A stretch of DNA of 32,835 bases from NCBI GenBank assembly GCA_016286835.1, contig JAEEUD010000001.1, forward strand, positions 1 to 32,835, read 5' to 3'. The stretch comes from Pyramidobacter sp. (GTDB taxonomy: Bacteria; Synergistota; Synergistia; Synergistales; Dethiosulfovibrionaceae). Of this stretch, positions 8,515 to 18,543 are shown piece after piece; position 1 is the first letter of the stretch; each line of letters opens with the position of its first letter. The position numbers were made by a program, and so were the translations under genes. The notes below the pieces were generated by a model that did no database searches, was not told the origin of the DNA, and saw only the letters and a list, made by a program, of their open reading frames with translations.

Positions 8515-9575
8515 ACGGCCGTGAATTGTGCGCATGGCTCAACGGCTTTGAAGGCCTGTCGGCTGATTTGCTCCGCGAACTTGATCCAGGGCTGAATGAA
8601 AAGGAGATCATCGAAACGCTGCGCGAGCAGGACAAGATCACCGAACACTGTGCCGAGCGCCTGAAAAATCTCTCCAACGACGGTTGGGGCAGACGACAGC
8701 TAGAACTGGCCGAAGAAAGCGGCGTGTCTGTGACGACATGGTACGATGAAGATTATCCGCCGCGATTGCGCGACATCGACGAGCCGCCGCTGTTGTTGTA
8801 CGTCAAGGGGCGGCTTCCCGATTTTGAACGTTCATGTTCCGTTGTCGGCACGCGCCGCTGCACCGCTTACGGCATGAAAGTTTCAGAAATGCTGGGAGCG
8901 GGACTGGCTCGTGCCGAGAATATCGTCGTCAGCGGCGGCGCTCGCGGAATTGACGGCGGAGCTCACGGCGGCGCGCTTTCAGTTTCCGGTGTCACAGTTG
9001 CTGTCCTGGGAACGGGAATTGATGTTGTATGGCCGCCGGAGCATGACGAGCTTTTTGCCAACATCGTCAAGGACGGCGCGCTCATAAGCGAATATCCGTT
9101 CGGCACGACGGGACGTTCATGGCGCTTCCCGCGTCGGAATCGTATTATCGCAGGCATCTCGGGAAAACTGGTCGTCGTCGAATCGCCGATGAAAGGCGGT
9201 GCGATGATCACCGCGCGCAAGGCGATGGAAATGGGGCGCGAAGTCTGGGCTGTTCCCGGCCGTATCGACGAGCGCGTCTGCGAAGGAAGTAACCGTCTTA
9301 TCCTTGACGGCGCGTCACCGCTTGTGAGCATTGAGGATTTTGTCGATCATATCAGTACGTTCGGTCAGCTTGAACTCTTTTCGCCCGTGAATATAACACC
9401 GGATGAGAAAAAAGTGCTGGATTGTTTGAGAGACCAGGGCGACCTGACGCTTGACCAGCTTTCAGCGCGGACGGGGCTTACCGTTGTTCAGCTCATGCAA
9501 TGCACGGCCGAGCTGCAGCTTCAGTCGTTGATTTATCCTACAGGCGGAGGCCGGTGGCGTGCCGTGCCCAAATAG
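8511..9575 (+). CDS. dprA: DNA-processing protein DprA (Smf)
   Basis: YPPRL...PPLLLYVKG, VVGTR, VSGGARGID, FPRRNRIIAG, VVES, AVPG, GSNRLI; C-terminal winged helix. Confidence 0.96.
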   Translation: MNGRELCAWLNGFEGLSADLLRELDPGLNEKEIIETLREQDKITEHCAERLKNLSNDGWGRRQLELAEESGVSVTTWYDEDYPPRLRDIDEPPLLLYVKGRLPDFERSCSVVGTRRCTAYGMKVSEMLGAGLARAENIVVSGGARGIDGGAHGGALSVSGVTVAVLGTGIDVVWPPEHDELFANIVKDGALISEYPFGTTGRSWRFPRRNRIIAGISGKLVVVESPMKGGAMITARKAMEMGREVWAVPGRIDERVCEGSNRLILDGASPLVSIEDFVDHISTFGQLELFSPVNITPDEKKVLDCLRDQGDLTLDQLSARTGLTVVQLMQCTAELQLQSLIYPTGGGRWRAVPK

Positions 9576-9684
9576 CGGTCTGTATTTCCAATGAGTACAC
9601 AGTTCCCGACGCCCTTTACCGGAGCTCTCGGGGACTTAGTTGATTCACACACTCTCCTTTATGTCGAAAGCACTTGCCTTATCC

Positions 9685-9713
9685 TTGCAATTCTTCTCGG
9701 GACGATTTAGAAT
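9685..9713 (+). promoter_or_regulatory. Putative sigma70 promoter of tilS-hpt-ftsH
   Basis: TTGCAA (9685-9690), 17 nt, TAGAAT (9708-9713), ending 36 nt before the tilS ATG. Confidence 0.6.
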
Positions 9714-9749
9714 CTTGAACGATTGGAGTAGGGAAGGTGAAAGAACGGC

Positions 9750-11054
9750 ATGAAGAATAAGAGTCTTGAAAGGCGTTTTCGCCGAGTGCTTGAAGAATAC
9801 GGCTGGCTGAAAAACTCCCGTGTCCTGCTTGGCGTTTCCGGCGGCAGTGACTCGATGGCGCTTCTTCATCTGTACTGCTCGGTGCTTCCTGCTGATCAAA
9901 TAGTTGTCGCTCATTTGGATCACGGTCTCCGCCGAACGGCGGCGCGGGATCGTGATTTTGTCATCTCTGTTTGCGGAGCTTTGGGCATCCGCAGTGTCGT
10001 TGAAAGACGCGACGTTGCTCAGCTTATGCGCCGGGGAGAGTCGATCGAGGCGGCCGGACGCCGACTTCGTTATGACTTTTATGAACAAACGCGATCCGCG
10101 CTTGACTGTGATCTCGTCGCTTTGGGGCACACACGGACCGATCTTGCCGAAAGTGTTTTGATGAACCTCGCCAGAGGCAGCGGTCTGCGCGGTCTTGTCG
10201 GGATCCCTCCGCAGCGCGGGGCCTACATCCGGCCGCTCCTTTCCTTTTATCGTGAAGAGCTGCGCGAGTATCTGACGGAAAATGGATTCTCGTGGGTCGA
10301 AGACGAGACGAACGACCTTGATCTGTATCAGCGCAATCGCGTCAGGAATGACGTCCTGCCAAGTCTGCGGTCCACCGTCAATCCCCGGATCGATGAGCAC
10401 CTCGCCGCGCTTGCCGAAGAGGCATTGGCCTGGCGGCAGGAAATCGAGGTACGCTGTCGTTGCCTTTATGAAGAAACGGCGCTGAGACACTGCGAGTGGC
10501 CAAGTTTCGATCTGCATCGTCTGCGGCGTTTACGCGCTTTCGAAAGAACCGAACTGCTTCGCTTTGTCGGACGTGAGCTTGGCCTTGAAGCTTTGCCGCG
10601 AAAGAGAACAGAAGAGCTTTCGCGGTTGACTTCCGCGTCCGGGAGATGGGTGTTTCAGTGGGGTTCGGAAGTTGACCTCATGGCTCAAGACGGCGTTTTA
10701 AGATGGAGTCCTGCAGTAGAAAAGAAATGTGCTTTCCTGGAGGCAGAAATCGGCCAGACCATTCGCTGGGGCGGCTGGAACATTGCAATTACGCTGGGGA
10801 CTGCTAACGATGGCGGCTGCGAAAAACTCACTCTTTCGCTTGCTCCTGACGAAAAGATCGTCTTCGTTCAGTGCAAAAACGGTGTCTCAACAAGTGACAG
10901 TTTGTTTCCGGAAATTCGTCAGGGCGGTCAGGTCGTTGCACGCAGAGAAAATTCACAGTGGACGATTTTCACTCATCGTGTAAAATATGAGAAGGTGTGT
11001 CAAATCGTTTTTACCCCGCTGAGGGGCAACTGGAGGAAAAACGAATGGAACTGA
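9750..11054 (+). CDS. tilS: tRNA(Ile)-lysidine synthase
   Basis: PP-loop VSGGSDS, HLDHGLR, EAAGRRLRY, GH..D.AE, IRPLL, DETN, RNRVR; conserved tilS-hpt-ftsH order. Confidence 0.95.
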   Translation: MKNKSLERRFRRVLEEYGWLKNSRVLLGVSGGSDSMALLHLYCSVLPADQIVVAHLDHGLRRTAARDRDFVISVCGALGIRSVVERRDVAQLMRRGESIEAAGRRLRYDFYEQTRSALDCDLVALGHTRTDLAESVLMNLARGSGLRGLVGIPPQRGAYIRPLLSFYREELREYLTENGFSWVEDETNDLDLYQRNRVRNDVLPSLRSTVNPRIDEHLAALAEEALAWRQEIEVRCRCLYEETALRHCEWPSFDLHRLRRLRAFERTELLRFVGRELGLEALPRKRTEELSRLTSASGRWVFQWGSEVDLMAQDGVLRWSPAVEKKCAFLEAEIGQTIRWGGWNIAITLGTANDGGCEKLTLSLAPDEKIVFVQCKNGVSTSDSLFPEIRQGGQVVARRENSQWTIFTHRVKYEKVCQIVFTPLRGNWRKNEWN

Positions 11055-11587
11055 AACCAGCAGACGTTCTGATTTCACACGAACAAATCGCGGAGCGCAT
11101 TAAAGAGATCGCTCAGGAGATCTCCTACAAATACGCGGGGCAGGATCTCATGATGATCGGTATCCTTCGCGGAGCCGTGATTTTCATGTCCGATCTGGCT
11201 CGTGCGATCGACCCGTCGGTCGGATTGACGATGGAATTCATGAAAGCCTCATCCTACGGTGCTTCGACCCAGAGTTCCGGCAAGGTCGCGATCACGCAGC
11301 AGCCGACAATGGAGATTAAAGACCGTCAGATCATCATTGTCGAGGACATTGTTGATACTGGACTGACGTTGAAACGTCTGCGCGAGTACTTTGCGGCCCA
11401 TGGCGCGAAATCAGTCGAAGTCTGCGTTCTGCTTGACAAAAAGGACCGCCGTGTGGTGGATGTGCCCGTTGAGTATACCGGCTTTGTCATTCCTGATGAG
11501 TTCGTCGTCGGGTACGGCATGGATTTCGACGAAAAAATGCGCAATCTGCCGTCGATCCACAAAGTATGCCAGGTTTCGGAAGAATAA
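11045..11587 (+). CDS. hpt: Hypoxanthine phosphoribosyltransferase
   Basis: ILRGAVIFMSDL, SSYG, IIVEDIVDTGLTL, FVVGYGMD, RNLP; GGAGG RBS before ATG 11045. Confidence 0.96.
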   Translation: MELKPADVLISHEQIAERIKEIAQEISYKYAGQDLMMIGILRGAVIFMSDLARAIDPSVGLTMEFMKASSYGASTQSSGKVAITQQPTMEIKDRQIIIVEDIVDTGLTLKRLREYFAAHGAKSVEVCVLLDKKDRRVVDVPVEYTGFVIPDEFVVGYGMDFDEKMRNLPSIHKVCQVSEE

Positions 11588-11609
11588 TTAGTTATAAGGA
11601 GGCTCTCAC

Positions 11610-13616
11610 TTGCACCGAATGATGAAAAACCTCGGCGTGTATCTGATCCTAGTGGTGCTCGTCGTCAGCGTTGTCAACATGTTCCTGACGCCGCCGTCGC
11701 CTACACCGCAGATCCCCGAGATTCCCTACAGTCAGTTCCGCTCCGATATGGCAGCGGGAAAGATCAAAAATTTCACGATCAGCGACACGAAAGTCCAGGG
11801 GCATTACGTTGACGGCTCGTCTTTTTCCAGCAACGTCGTTGGTATTGAGGACATTGCCGATACAGCCACGGCGCAGGGTGTCGAGGTGACGATCGCCGAA
11901 CCGCCGGAGACCCCGTGGTGGATGACGTTGGCTTCGTCCGTTTTCCCGACGCTGCTGCTGATCGGTGTCTGGATCTTCTTCATGCACAACATGCAGGGCG
12001 GCGGCGGACGTATGATGAGCTTTGGCAAAAGCAAGGCGAAAATGTTCCTCGACAACCGTCCGAAAGTTACGTTCAACGACGTGGCCGGCTGTGACGAAGC
12101 GAAGGAAGAACTGAAAGAGGTCGTCGAATATCTCAAATCGCCTGACCGTTTTACAAAACTGGGCGCAAAAGTTCCCAAGGGCGTTCTTTTGCTCGGTTCC
12201 CCGGGAACCGGTAAGACGCTTCTGGCGCGCGCCTGCGCAGGTGAGGCAGACGTGCCGTTTTTCAGCACCAGCGGTTCGGATTTCGTGGAGATGTTCGTCG
12301 GTGTCGGCGCTTCGCGTGTTCGTGATCTTTTCGATCAGGCGCGAAAGTACAAGCCCTGCCTCGTCTTTATCGACGAGATCGACGCGGTGGGGCGCCATCG
12401 CGGTGCAGGCCTGGGCGGTGGTCATGACGAGCGCGAACAGACGCTCAATCAGCTCCTTGTAGAGATGGACGGATTTGATGAACAGAGCGGCATCATCCTG
12501 ATCGCCGCGACAAACCGCGCCGATATCCTCGATCCGGCTCTGCTCCGTCCTGGACGCTTCGATCGTCAGGTCGTCGTCGATGCGCCAGACGTGAACGGTC
12601 GCGAGGCGATCCTGAAAGTTCACGCCAAAGAGAAAAAGTTTGCTGCCGACGTCGATTTTGCCGTATTGGCCAAGCGCACGCCCGGTTTTGTCGGCGCCGA
12701 TCTGGCTAACGTCATCAACGAGGCTGCGCTTCTGGCTGCCCGTGCCGGAAAGTCCGAGATCGGTATGGCAGAGTTGGAAGAGGGCATCGATCGCGCTATC
12801 GCAGGCCCGGAACGCAAGAGCCGTCTCATCGGTGACCGCGAGAAAAAGATCATCGCTTACCACGAAACAGGACACGCGCTCGTGGCGAAGTTCCTTCCCG
12901 GCAGTGATCCTGTCCACAAGATCTCGATCATTCCCAGAGGCAGCGCCGCCCTTGGCTATACGCTTCAACTCCCGAAAGAAGACCGTTTTCTGGCTTCAAA
13001 GAATCAGCTCACCAATAATATTTGCGTTCTGCTTGGCGGTCGCGTCGTTGAGGACATCGTTTTCGGCGACATCACCACAGGCGCGAGCAACGACCTTGAA
13101 CGCGCCACGCAGACGGCGCGCAGCATGGTCACGCAGTACGGCATGAGCACGCTTGGCCCTGTCGTTCTCGGCCGCCAGCGTCATGAGGTATTCCTTGGCC
13201 GCGATCTTGGCGAAGACCGCAATTACAGCGAGCAGATCGCGTTCGCGATCGACGAGGAAGTCCGCCGTATCGTTGAAGAATGTTATCAGCGCGTAAAAAA
13301 ACTGATGACGGAAAAGATCGAGACAGTCAAGCTCGTCGCCGAAACGCTGCTGCAGCGCGAAGTGATCGACGGTCACGATCTTGCCGTGCTGTTAGGTGAG
13401 GAAGAGCCGAAACCGGAGAATAAAGCTTCCGACGAGAATCCCCCGGCTGATAACATATCGTCTGCCGAGCCTGCGGAAGCGGATGCAGCAGTTGAATCGC
13501 CTGAGGAAAAAAGCGAGACGGACGGCTTTATTCCTGCCCGGCCGCTGGGTGAAGACATAACACCCGAAACAGCCGGCCAAAAAGTTGAGCAGGATAATCC
13601 CGCAAAAGACGAATAA
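11610..13616 (+). CDS. ftsH: ATP-dependent zinc metalloprotease FtsH
   Basis: Two TM helices, [14 protein letters not shown], second region of homology [15 protein letters not shown] zinc motif; AAGGAGG RBS. Confidence 0.98.
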   Translation: MHRMMKNLGVYLILVVLVVSVVNMFLTPPSPTPQIPEIPYSQFRSDMAAGKIKNFTISDTKVQGHYVDGSSFSSNVVGIEDIADTATAQGVEVTIAEPPETPWWMTLASSVFPTLLLIGVWIFFMHNMQGGGGRMMSFGKSKAKMFLDNRPKVTFNDVAGCDEAKEELKEVVEYLKSPDRFTKLGAKVPKGVLLLGSPGTGKTLLARACAGEADVPFFSTSGSDFVEMFVGVGASRVRDLFDQARKYKPCLVFIDEIDAVGRHRGAGLGGGHDEREQTLNQLLVEMDGFDEQSGIILIAATNRADILDPALLRPGRFDRQVVVDAPDVNGREAILKVHAKEKKFAADVDFAVLAKRTPGFVGADLANVINEAALLAARAGKSEIGMAELEEGIDRAIAGPERKSRLIGDREKKIIAYHETGHALVAKFLPGSDPVHKISIIPRGSAALGYTLQLPKEDRFLASKNQLTNNICVLLGGRVVEDIVFGDITTGASNDLERATQTARSMVTQYGMSTLGPVVLGRQRHEVFLGRDLGEDRNYSEQIAFAIDEEVRRIVEECYQRVKKLMTEKIETVKLVAETLLQREVIDGHDLAVLLGEEEPKPENKASDENPPADNISSAEPAEADAAVESPEEKSETDGFIPARPLGEDITPETAGQKVEQDNPAKDE

Positions 13617-13627
13617 ACTGGTACAAT

Positions 13628-13660
13628 AAAAGGACGGAGCATTTTACGCTCCGTCCTTTT
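13628..13660 (+). terminator. Intrinsic terminator after ftsH (possibly bidirectional)
   Basis: aaaaggacggagc-attttac-gctccgtcctttt, a 13-bp inverted repeat with A and T flanks. Confidence 0.75.
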
Positions 13661-13691
13661 CTGTACGCATCGTCTCATGGAGGTTTTAAGC

Positions 13692-15743
13692 ATGGAGACT
13701 GAATCTTTTAAACTGCACGCGCCCTGGCCCCCCTCGGGCGATCAGCCGCAAGCTATAGCGGCGCTGCTCGACGGGCTGAAATGCAACGAGCGTGTCTCAA
13801 CGCTGCTGGGAGTGACCGGAAGCGGTAAGACGTTCACTGTCGCCAACGTCATTGCCAAGTATAATCGTCCGACGCTCGTGCTGGCGCATAATAAAACGCT
13901 TGCCGCGCAGCTGTACAGTGAATTCCGCAAGTTTTTCCCTGAAAACGCTGTACATTATTACGTCAGCTATTATGACTACTATCAGCCCGAAGCTTACGTG
14001 CCCAGTTCCGACACCTATATCGAAAAAGACGCTTCAATCAACACTCAGATCGAGCGTATGCGTCTGGCGACGACAAAATCGCTGATCGAACGCCGCGATG
14101 TGATCGTTGTCGCTTCCGTGTCGTGCATCTACGGTATGGGCAAACGCGAGAATTATGAAGACGCGATCGTCAGCTTTTCTGTGGGCGAACACTGGAACCG
14201 TCACAACTTTCAAGAAGCCCTGATGAAAGCCTATTACGAGCGCAACGATTTTGATCTCCAGCCCGGGAAATACCGTGTACGCGGCGATGTGCTGGAGGTT
14301 TATCCAGTGTACAGCAACAGCACGCTGCGCTTTTCGTTCTTTGATGAAGAGCTGGAAACGATCGAAGAGGTCGATCCGGTGAGCGGCCACAGACTGAAAC
14401 ATGTCGATCATGCTTCGGTCTTCCCTGCGCAGCATTATGTGACCAGCGACGGCGCGATCACCGAGTCGATGGAGAAGATCAAAAAGGAACTGGAGATCCA
14501 GGCCGGTCGCTTCAAAGCCCAGGGCAAGTTCCTTGAGGCCGAACGTCTGACAAGCCGCACCCGCTACGATATGGAAATGATGGCCGAAGCAGGATACTGC
14601 TCGGGGATCGAGAATTATTCGCGTTATCTTGACGGCCGCGAGGAGGGGGAGCAGCCGGGAACGCTGCTTGATTTCTTTCCTCCCGATTTCCTGATGGTTG
14701 TGGACGAATCGCACATCACACTGCCGCAGGTGCGCGGCATGTTCAACGGCGACCGTGCGCGCAAGGAAGTGCTCGTTGAACATGGTTTCCGACTGCCGTC
14801 GTGTCTTGATAACCGCCCGCTGCGCTGGGGCGAGTTTGAGAAGTACATGCAGCGTGTGATCTGCTGCTCTGCCACGCCCGGCGACTGGGAGACTGAACAC
14901 TCCAAGCGCGTTGTCGAACAATTGATACGTCCTACGGGGATCCCTGATCCGCTTGTAGAAGTCCGCAAAGCCACCGGGCAGATTGACGATTTGCTTGGTG
15001 AGATCCAGTCGGTTCGTTCCCGAGGCGGACGAGCGCTCGTCACCACGCTGACGAAAAAAGGCGCGGAGGAACTGGCCGAGTACATGCGCACGCTGCGGAT
15101 CAGGGCTGAATATATCCATTCCGAATTGAATGCCTTTGAGCGCGCCGAGGAAATCAACAAACTCCGCAGCGGTGACATCGAAGTACTCATCGGGATCAAT
15201 CTGCTCCGTGAGGGCATCGATATGCCCGAAGTGACGCTCGTGGCGATTCTTGATGCTGACCGCGAAGGTTTTCTTCGCTCCTATCGTTCGCTCGTGCAGG
15301 TCATGGGACGCGCCGCTCGCAACGTCGATTCGCGCGTCATCCTTTATGCTGACGAAGTGACTGACAGCATCTCCGAAGCTGTAAGCGAATCGAAGCGTCG
15401 GCGCGATGCGCAGCTGGCCTACAACAAAGAACACGGAATTACACCCAGAACAATCCATAAGACGATCGAGAGGATGCTGCCCGAAGTTGAATTTGAAGAG
15501 GCTCCGGAAGCGCAGAGCAAGAAGACTCGCCAGTCTATCGAACATCTCGATAATCTTGACCTTGAGAAAATGATGTGGGAGGCAGTTGAAAAACTGCAAT
15601 TCGAGAAAGCTGCCAAAATCCGCGATATGATCCAGGAGATCGAGCAGGGGCTCAGTCCGTCGGGTGAACTCGACGAAGAAGAAGGAGGACAGTATTTACG
15701 TGCCGCGTCAGGAAATCGTCGTAAAAAACGCCCGAGAGCATAA
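13692..15743 (+). CDS. uvrB: Excinuclease ABC subunit B
   Basis: GDQPQAI, LGVTGSGKT, HNKTLAAQL, YYDYYQPEAY, DESH, GINLLREG, C-terminal UVR domain; GGAGG before ATG 13692. Confidence 0.98.
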   Translation: METESFKLHAPWPPSGDQPQAIAALLDGLKCNERVSTLLGVTGSGKTFTVANVIAKYNRPTLVLAHNKTLAAQLYSEFRKFFPENAVHYYVSYYDYYQPEAYVPSSDTYIEKDASINTQIERMRLATTKSLIERRDVIVVASVSCIYGMGKRENYEDAIVSFSVGEHWNRHNFQEALMKAYYERNDFDLQPGKYRVRGDVLEVYPVYSNSTLRFSFFDEELETIEEVDPVSGHRLKHVDHASVFPAQHYVTSDGAITESMEKIKKELEIQAGRFKAQGKFLEAERLTSRTRYDMEMMAEAGYCSGIENYSRYLDGREEGEQPGTLLDFFPPDFLMVVDESHITLPQVRGMFNGDRARKEVLVEHGFRLPSCLDNRPLRWGEFEKYMQRVICCSATPGDWETEHSKRVVEQLIRPTGIPDPLVEVRKATGQIDDLLGEIQSVRSRGGRALVTTLTKKGAEELAEYMRTLRIRAEYIHSELNAFERAEEINKLRSGDIEVLIGINLLREGIDMPEVTLVAILDADREGFLRSYRSLVQVMGRAARNVDSRVILYADEVTDSISEAVSESKRRRDAQLAYNKEHGITPRTIHKTIERMLPEVEFEEAPEAQSKKTRQSIEHLDNLDLEKMMWEAVEKLQFEKAAKIRDMIQEIEQGLSPSGELDEEEGGQYLRAASGNRRKKRPRA

Positions 15744-18543
15744 TCTCAAAAATATCTCTCTGGCTTTGCCGAAGAATAAACTGATCGTCATTACCGGTCC
15801 GTCGGGATCGGGAAAAAGCTCACTTGCCTTTGACACGCTCTACGCCGAAGGTCAGCGCCGTTATGTCGAGTCGCTGTCGTCTTATGCGCGGCAGTTTTTA
15901 GGCGTGCAGAAAAAACCCGACGTGGACGACATCGAAGGCCTTTCGCCGGCCATCTCGATCGAGCAGAAGGGTACGTCCCACAATCCTCGTTCGACTGTCG
16001 GAACGGTCACGGAAATCTATGACTTCCTGCGCCTTCTCTTTGCCCGGGCCGGGACGCCCTATTGCCCGCAGTGCGGCAAGCCGGTCCATCGTTATTCTGT
16101 CGATGAGATCGTCGACCGCATTTACAGCGAACATTCCGGTTCCCGTCTCGAGATCATGGCTCCAGTCGTTCGCGCTAAAAAAGGTGAATTCAAGAATGTC
16201 TTCGCTGCATTGCGCAAGAAAGGCTTCATGCGCGTGCGCGTCGATGGCGAAGTGCTTTGGCTGGAAGAGGACATCCCTCTGGAAAAAAATAAAAAGCATA
16301 GTATCGAGGTCGTCGTTGATCGTCTTTCCGTTCAACCCGACCGCAAGGGGCGTGTTGCCGAAGCTGTGCAGACTGCACTGCAGCTTGGCGAGGGGTTCGT
16401 CCTTGTTGCCGCGGACGGTAAGGAGGACATGCTTACTGAGCGCTTTGTCTGTCCCGATTGCGGGATTTCTCTTCCCGATATCCAGCCAGCGCTGTTTTCC
16501 TTCAATAATCCCCAGGGTGCATGTCCCGACTGTTCGGGACTGGGCAGTCACAGTCATTTTTCTGAGGAACTTTCCGTCAATCCCGAATTGTCTGTCCGTG
16601 ACGGGGCACTGCTGCCTTTTCGTGGCAAGCAGTACATGATGTACCGCCTTGAGCAGCTTGCAAACAAAATCCATCTTGACCTGGACGTGCCTTATAAGAA
16701 TCTGCCTGAGGATCAGAAAGCGATTCTTATGGGCGGCTCTGAGGTTCGGATGCCGTTGCAGTTCGAGCGAGGCGGAGAGATCTCTACCTATCAGGGGCGT
16801 TACGAAGGGTTGCTTCCATGGCTGGAACGGTATTACAACAGCACGGAATCCGAGGCAACGGCAGAAGAGCTGGAACGTTATCGTATTGAAGACGAGTGTC
16901 GTTCATGCCACGGAACGAGACTTCGCCCGGAAGCGCTTTCTGTGCGCTTCTGGGATAAGAATATCGACGAACTTACTTCTATGCCTGTGGTCGATTTTTA
17001 CGAACTAGTCCGGAAACACAAGAACGATCAAGGCCAGAACGAAGTGGTCAGTCAGGTCGTCGTCGAGCTTGAAAAACGACTCAGCTTTCTTGTTGAAGTC
17101 GGCGTTGGCTACCTTACTCTCAAACGTCGTGCCGATACCCTGAGCGGAGGAGAGAGCCAGCGCATACGACTTGCCACGCAGCTCGGTTCGAAGCTGTCAG
17201 GTGTCATGTACGTGCTTGACGAACCGACGATCGGACTTCATTCCCGTGATACAGGCAAGCTCGTCGGTGCGCTTAAATCCGTGCGTGATATGGACAATAC
17301 GGTCATCGTTGTCGAACACGATCGCGATACCATGCTGGCTGCCGATTACCTGGTCGAGATCGGTCCGGCGGCTGGCAGCGGCGGCGGACAGCTCGTCCAG
17401 AGCGGCGACGCCGAATCGTTTCGCCTGACTGATTCGCTCACGGGCCCGTACCTGCGCGGAGATGCCTGCGGTATGGTCCCGTCCGGGCGCCTCGCCCTGC
17501 CGAAAGAGCGCCTTAAGGTGATTGGCGCTTCCGAGCATAACCTGAAAAACATCGACGTAAACATTCCGCTTCATTCTCTTGTGTGCCTGACGGGCGTTTC
17601 CGGGTCCGGAAAAAGTTCGTTGATGTACGACGTGCTTTATCGTGGTCTGCGGCGGAAACTTGATCCGGATTATCGCGACCGTCCCGGAAAACACGACGAT
17701 ATTTTAGGCTGGGAGGAACTGAAAAACGTCTCCATGGTCGATCAAAGTCCGATCGGCCGTACGCCGCGTTCCAACCCCGCTACTTACACCGGCGTCTTTT
17801 CTGCGATTCGCGAACTTTATGCTCAGTTGCCTGAGGCAAAACTGCGCGGTTATACGAGCGGTCGCTTCAGCTTCAACGTTAAGGGCGGACGTTGCGAAGC
17901 CTGCGGCGGAGCGGGGGAGCGCCGCGTATCGATGCTCTTCATGCCTGACGTGTATGTCGAATGTGACGTCTGCCACGGAACGCGCTACAATCGCGAAACG
18001 CTGGAGGTCAAGTTCAAAGGACACAGCATCGCGGACGTCCTCAATCTGTCAGTTGACGAAGCGATCGACCTTTTTCAGGATCTGCCCAGAATCGCCAATA
18101 AACTGCGTTTTTTACAGCGAGCCGGACTAGGTTACATCCATCTCGGCCAGTCGGCGCTCACGCTCAGCGGCGGCGAGGCTCAGCGCGTCAAGCTCGCAAA
18201 GGAACTGAGCAAACGTTTCGGCGGTAATACGCTGTATCTGCTCGACGAACCTTCGACAGGCCTGTTTTATCCTGATGTCGCCCGACTTCTGCATATCCTT
18301 CATGATCTTGTCGATCAGGGGAATTCGGTGTTGCTCATTGAGCATAATATGGACATCATCTGTTCAAGCGATTATGTCATTGACCTGGGCCCCGAAGGTG
18401 GCGCTGCGGGCGGAACTGTTGTTGACGCTGGCACGCCCAGACAGCTTGCCGAGAAGGGAAAAGGCTACACCGCGCAGGCCATTCGCGAATATCTGAAAGA
18501 ATTCCACAAGGAGAGCAAACATGCCAAGGGCCGGAAGAAATAA
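15700..18543 (+). CDS. uvrA: Excinuclease ABC subunit A
   Basis: AREHNLKN, two Walker A motifs (GPSGSGKSS, GVSGSGKSS), two LSGGE signatures, CxxC zinc fingers. Start placed at GTG 15700 after AAGGAGG. Confidence 0.98.
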   Translation: MPRQEIVVKNAREHNLKNISLALPKNKLIVITGPSGSGKSSLAFDTLYAEGQRRYVESLSSYARQFLGVQKKPDVDDIEGLSPAISIEQKGTSHNPRSTVGTVTEIYDFLRLLFARAGTPYCPQCGKPVHRYSVDEIVDRIYSEHSGSRLEIMAPVVRAKKGEFKNVFAALRKKGFMRVRVDGEVLWLEEDIPLEKNKKHSIEVVVDRLSVQPDRKGRVAEAVQTALQLGEGFVLVAADGKEDMLTERFVCPDCGISLPDIQPALFSFNNPQGACPDCSGLGSHSHFSEELSVNPELSVRDGALLPFRGKQYMMYRLEQLANKIHLDLDVPYKNLPEDQKAILMGGSEVRMPLQFERGGEISTYQGRYEGLLPWLERYYNSTESEATAEELERYRIEDECRSCHGTRLRPEALSVRFWDKNIDELTSMPVVDFYELVRKHKNDQGQNEVVSQVVVELEKRLSFLVEVGVGYLTLKRRADTLSGGESQRIRLATQLGSKLSGVMYVLDEPTIGLHSRDTGKLVGALKSVRDMDNTVIVVEHDRDTMLAADYLVEIGPAAGSGGGQLVQSGDAESFRLTDSLTGPYLRGDACGMVPSGRLALPKERLKVIGASEHNLKNIDVNIPLHSLVCLTGVSGSGKSSLMYDVLYRGLRRKLDPDYRDRPGKHDDILGWEELKNVSMVDQSPIGRTPRSNPATYTGVFSAIRELYAQLPEAKLRGYTSGRFSFNVKGGRCEACGGAGERRVSMLFMPDVYVECDVCHGTRYNRETLEVKFKGHSIADVLNLSVDEAIDLFQDLPRIANKLRFLQRAGLGYIHLGQSALTLSGGEAQRVKLAKELSKRFGGNTLYLLDEPSTGLFYPDVARLLHILHDLVDQGNSVLLIEHNMDIICSSDYVIDLGPEGGAAGGTVVDAGTPRQLAEKGKGYTAQAIREYLKEFHKESKHAKGRKK

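Noticed and set aside
13395-13616. Acidic, Pro-rich FtsH C-terminal tail
   Set aside because: Low-complexity tails are common in FtsH and no repeat unit is evident.
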